Shown here: in pieces, positions 60,680 through 64,000 of the stretch
Numbering within the stretch: the stretch's first letter is position 1
Layout: each line of letters begins with the position of its first letter
Assembly (NCBI GenBank): GCA_963804165.1
Contig: CAWDPO010000045.1
Span: 160,001-224,000, forward strand
Origin: an uncultured delta proteobacterium
GTDB taxonomy: Bacteria; Desulfobacterota; Binatia; UBA9968
DNA: 64,000 nt
Direction of reading: 5' to 3'
Notes under the pieces: generated by a model
The model's input: the letters and a program-made list of their open reading frames with translations, nothing else
Told to the model about the DNA's origin: nothing
Database searches by the model: none
Program-made: the position numbers and the translations under genes

Positions 60680-61681
60680 ATGATCTTATCCGTTAACAGG
60701 CTCCATCTATTCTTGGCAGCAGCAACGATCCTTACTCTCGCGTTCGCCAGCCCACACCGGATCTGCGCTCAAGAACGGCGTGCCAAGTTGAGGATTTCCA
60801 ACGCCGGCTTCACCATCACCGCCCTACCGCTCTTGGCCGCCAAGGACTGGGGATTGTTCACCGCCAACGGACTGGATATGGAAGTCATCCTCATGCAGTC
60901 TTCGTTGGTGCCGGCGGCTCTGACTCAAGGCGACATCGACTTTCAAGCCGGCGTCGGACCCGCTTCGGTGAATGCGACCATGACTGGTTTTGCGACCCGC
61001 GCCATTTGGTTTTCATCGGATAAAATTTCGTATTGGCTCATGGCCAAGCCGCAGTATAAAACCCTCGAGAGTTTGAAAGCGAAGAAAATTTCTATCACCG
61101 GGTTGGGCGGCACAGTTCACGTCGCTTTCAACATGGCGCTGGAAAAACTCGGCGTGAATCCGAAAGATTTTGTTTTGGTGTCGATCGGCGGCCAACAAAT
61201 TCAGCAGCTTATTTCTTTGGAGTCGGGGTATGTCGACGCGGCGCTCCTGTCGCCGCCGGTGACCTTTGGCGCGCAAAAGAAAGGTTTCAACAAGGTTCTT
61301 GATGTCGGCTCTATGGTGGAAATGCCCGGCGGCGGCCTCACGGCGCTGGTCAAAACAATCCAGGAGCGGCCCGTCGAGACCAAGCGAGTCATCCGCTCGC
61401 TGCAGCAAGCCAAAGAAGAAATCCGTAAGTCGAAGCCTAAAACCCTCGATCTGATCGTCAAGCTTCTCAAGATGGATAGAGAAGCCGCGAGCGAAACCTA
61501 CGATCAGTTTCTCACCACGCTTAGCCCAACCGGAATCCCCACGCGCGTCGGCATGGACATCCTCGTTAAATCGGTTCAGTCCCAGGGCCGCCACGTCGAC
61601 CGCAAAGTGGCGTTTAACGAAATCGCCGACGACCGGCTCGCAACAGAAGTGGCGAAGGAATTGGGTTATAAGATTCCTTGA
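60680..61681 (+). CDS. NMT1/TauA-type solute-binding protein
   Basis: Signal peptide, ALTQGDIDF, LKAKKISI and LESGYVDAA. Confidence 0.9.
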   Translation: MILSVNRLHLFLAAATILTLAFASPHRICAQERRAKLRISNAGFTITALPLLAAKDWGLFTANGLDMEVILMQSSLVPAALTQGDIDFQAGVGPASVNATMTGFATRAIWFSSDKISYWLMAKPQYKTLESLKAKKISITGLGGTVHVAFNMALEKLGVNPKDFVLVSIGGQQIQQLISLESGYVDAALLSPPVTFGAQKKGFNKVLDVGSMVEMPGGGLTALVKTIQERPVETKRVIRSLQQAKEEIRKSKPKTLDLIVKLLKMDREAASETYDQFLTTLSPTGIPTRVGMDILVKSVQSQGRHVDRKVAFNEIADDRLATEVAKELGYKIP

Positions 61682-61748
61682 ATGTTTTCACTCGATGGCT
61701 TGGTTATCCAACAAGTGGATTCTTCGTGGTAACAGAGGTTATTCGCTC

Positions 61749-61817
61749 GAGATTCTTCGCCTTGTAGGCTCAGAATGACGCACGCAGGGTGTCATCCTGA
61801 ACGAAGTGAAGGATCTC
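61749..61817. repeat. Pair of GTCAT(T/C)CTGA..GAAG(A/G)ATCTC palindromic repeats
   Basis: GAGATTCTTCGCCTTGTAGGCTCAGAATGAC and GTCATCCTGAACGAAGTGAAGGATCTC. Confidence 0.8.
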
Positions 61818-61854
61818 GGATTCGAATTTCCCATGGCGCTGCAAGGGAGCATTG

Positions 61855-62868
61855 ATGACGCAGACGTTTCACCTCCATTTTTTAACGGTATTATTCGCCC
61901 GAGCGCTAACGGTTCTGGCCCTGGTTACTGTGCTTGTGTCGCACGCCTCAAGCCAAGACAAGCGCTCCAAAGTCCGCATCTCCAACGCCGGTTTTACAAT
62001 CACCGCGCTGCCGTTATTGGCGGCCAAAGATTGGGGCAAGTTTACCGCTAGCGGTTTGGACGTGGAGTTGATCGTCATGAGCCCATCCATCGCCGCGGCG
62101 GCGCTGGCGCAGGGCGATATCGATTATGTCGCCGGCGTCGGACCGGCCTCAGTCGCGGCGACGCTGAGCGGTTTGCAGTCGCGGGCGATCTGGTTTTCCT
62201 CGGACCGGATCTCCTACTGGCTGCTGGCGCCGTCCCCATACAAAACTCTGGACTCGCTGAAAGGCAAGAAAATCGCCATCTCTGGAGGAGCCGGCGGCAC
62301 GAACCACGTGGCGTTGATGATCGCGTTAGAAAAGTCGGGCGCCAACCCGAAAGACTTCACGATGGTCGGTATCCCCGGACAGCAGCTTCAGGTTTATTAT
62401 TCACTTGAATCCGGCTTCGTCGACGCCGCGCTGTTATCGCCGCCAGTGACCTTCGGCGCGGTGAAAAAGGGTTACTACAAAATCATGGACGTGGGCGCGA
62501 TGGTGGAAATGCCCGGCGGCGGCTTGACCGCAATGATCAAGACCATTCAGTCAAGGCCGGCGGAAGTGAAACGCGTCATTCATGCACTCCAGTCGGCCAA
62601 GGACGAGATCAGAAAATCCAAGCCGAAGACCGTCGAGTTGATCGTCAAGCTTTTAAAGATGGACAAGGAAGCCGCGAGCGAAACCTACGACGCGTTTCAA
62701 ACAACCTTGAGCCCGAATGGTGTTCCAAACCGAGCCGGTATCGACAACCTGGTTCGATCTCTCCAAGCGCAAGGCCGCTTCACCGATCGCAAGGTCGCGT
62801 TCACCGACGTCGCGGATGACCGCTTAGCGGCGGAAGTAGCGAAGGAATTGGGATACAAAATGCCGTGA
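61855..62868 (+). CDS. NMT1/TauA-type solute-binding protein (tandem paralog of 60680..61681)
   Basis: Shared blocks RISNAGFTITALPLLAAKDWG, MVEMPGGGLTA and ADDRLA.EVAKELGYK. Confidence 0.9.
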   Translation: MTQTFHLHFLTVLFARALTVLALVTVLVSHASSQDKRSKVRISNAGFTITALPLLAAKDWGKFTASGLDVELIVMSPSIAAAALAQGDIDYVAGVGPASVAATLSGLQSRAIWFSSDRISYWLLAPSPYKTLDSLKGKKIAISGGAGGTNHVALMIALEKSGANPKDFTMVGIPGQQLQVYYSLESGFVDAALLSPPVTFGAVKKGYYKIMDVGAMVEMPGGGLTAMIKTIQSRPAEVKRVIHALQSAKDEIRKSKPKTVELIVKLLKMDKEAASETYDAFQTTLSPNGVPNRAGIDNLVRSLQAQGRFTDRKVAFTDVADDRLAAEVAKELGYKMP

Positions 62869-62894
62869 TCCCCCTCCTGCATCCTCGCCGCGAC

Positions 62895-63026
62895 GAGACT
62901 TTGTCGTAATGTCATCCTGAGGCAATAGCCGAAGGATCTCGTCTTCGTAAGCAACAGGAAATGCGAGATTCTTCGCTGGCGCTCAGAATGACATTCATGG
63001 GAGTTTTGCTATTGCGACACAGTAGC
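62895..63026. mobile_element. 132-bp degenerate copy of the MITE family, flanked by GAC direct repeats
   Basis: GAGACTTTGTCGTAATG ... ATTGCGACACAGTAGC with internal GTCATCCTGAG..GAAGGATCTC / GAGATTCTTCG..CTCAGAATGAC; sits in the apex of CCCCCTCCTGCATCCTC...GAGGAAAGAGGTGGGGG. Confidence 0.75.
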
Positions 63027-63111
63027 GACATCGAGAGGAAAGAGGTGGGGGCCTACTAGCTATGCTGAACAACCGTCAAAGAGTTAATAAAAACCTAAAG
63101 GCAAAAGCACC

Positions 63112-64000
63112 ATGGAAAAAATGAATTCTGATGTCCTCATCGTCGGCGCCGGCTTGGCCGGATTTACCGCGGCTGTCCGCGCTTCCGAGCAAGGCAGCAA
63201 TGTTTTGTTGATCGACAAGAGCAACGGCGAATTGGGTGACGGCAATGTCTTGATGGCCTCCGGCAGCCTGCGCGCTGGCGGAAAGAGCCCGAGAACGAAT
63301 CCCAACGAGCTTTACGATTTCGTCATGGCCGAAGGCGTTGGCAACCCCGATCTTGTTCGAGCTTGGTCAGAAACTTGCGGACGCGCCGTCGACTGGTTGA
63401 TCAGCAGCGGGGTCAAAGTGGATGAAAGCGCGCCCGGCAGAGTCTGGCTCGATCAGTCCGGTGAAGTTTCCCTAGCTCCGGTTTATAAAAAAGATGTCGG
63501 CACTCGCGCTCTCGCTAAACTCAAAGAGCGTTTCGTAAATCTCGGCGGACGCTATTTGAACGGTGTCGCGGCAGAGCGATTAATCGTTGAGAATGGTCGC
63601 GTTGGTGGCGTTATCGGCAAGCAGGCGGGCGATGAAATCGAATTGCAAGCGCGCGCAATCATCCTTGCCACCGGCGGCTTCAGCGCCAACAAAGAAATGG
63701 TCAAGCGATACATCGGACCGCACGCCGATGAATGCAAACTGCGCGGCTCGAAGCAGGACACCGGCGACGGCTTACGCATGGCGCTCGCCGCCGGCGCGAG
63801 GGCGGTCAATTTAAAATATTTCTATGGCCATCTGATATCGCGCAAAGCGCTCGTCGACGACCGGTTCTGGCCTTATCCACGACTCGATTCTTTCGTCGAC
63901 GAAGGAATACTCATCGACCGTAACGGTAACCGCTTTGTCGACGAGGGACGCGGCGACGTCGCGGTCGCCAATGAACTGGCGCGCTCGGAGGATGTCACCG
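63112..64000 (+). CDS. FAD-dependent oxidoreductase (FAD_binding_2, flavocytochrome c/TcuA-like), truncated by the window end
   Basis: Absent from the ORF track. Translates as MEKMNSDVLIVGAGLAG..IDK, ILATGGFSAN, DTGDGLRMA and GNRFVDE. Confidence 0.88.
   Translation, partial: MEKMNSDVLIVGAGLAGFTAAVRASEQGSNVLLIDKSNGELGDGNVLMASGSLRAGGKSPRTNPNELYDFVMAEGVGNPDLVRAWSETCGRAVDWLISSGVKVDESAPGRVWLDQSGEVSLAPVYKKDVGTRALAKLKERFVNLGGRYLNGVAAERLIVENGRVGGVIGKQAGDEIELQARAIILATGGFSANKEMVKRYIGPHADECKLRGSKQDTGDGLRMALAAGARAVNLKYFYGHLISRKALVDDRFWPYPRLDSFVDEGILIDRNGNRFVDEGRGDVAVANELARSEDVT

Overview
This GC-rich bacterial chromosomal window holds about 45 genes. I found no rRNA, tRNA, CRISPR array or prophage. Most genes are stand-alone catabolic or redox enzymes (amidohydrolases, luciferase-like monooxygenases, class II aldolases, a CoA transferase, a Rieske dioxygenase pair, a CoxSML-type Mo hydroxylase, hydantoinase B-A-B). 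There are also seven solute-binding proteins with no permease or ATPase, and two c-di-GMP enzymes. The gene content resembles Candidatus Binatia-type soil/sediment genomes (inference only). About ten single-base indels split otherwise intact genes in the first 30 kb and are probably long-read consensus errors. Most interesting: (1) a GrdE/GrdB-like selenoprotein reductase pair with an in-frame UGA, a well-placed SECIS and a UxxSxxS motif instead of UxxCxxC; (2) a translationally coupled, all-exported operon of His-lined LVIVD beta-propeller, rhodanese, CopC and CopD-cytochrome c-thioredoxin fusion, a candidate new periplasmic Cu or Cu-S enzyme system; (3) a TAT-less reductive dehalogenase-like gene with a ferredoxin; (4) an NDT-like/TPR/SLOG candidate conflict protein; (5) a rich set of repeats, including a RAYT carrying an in-frame REP pair and three ~130-bp MITE-like elements nested in the apex of other palindromes. 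All family calls come from motif recognition by eye; no database search was run.
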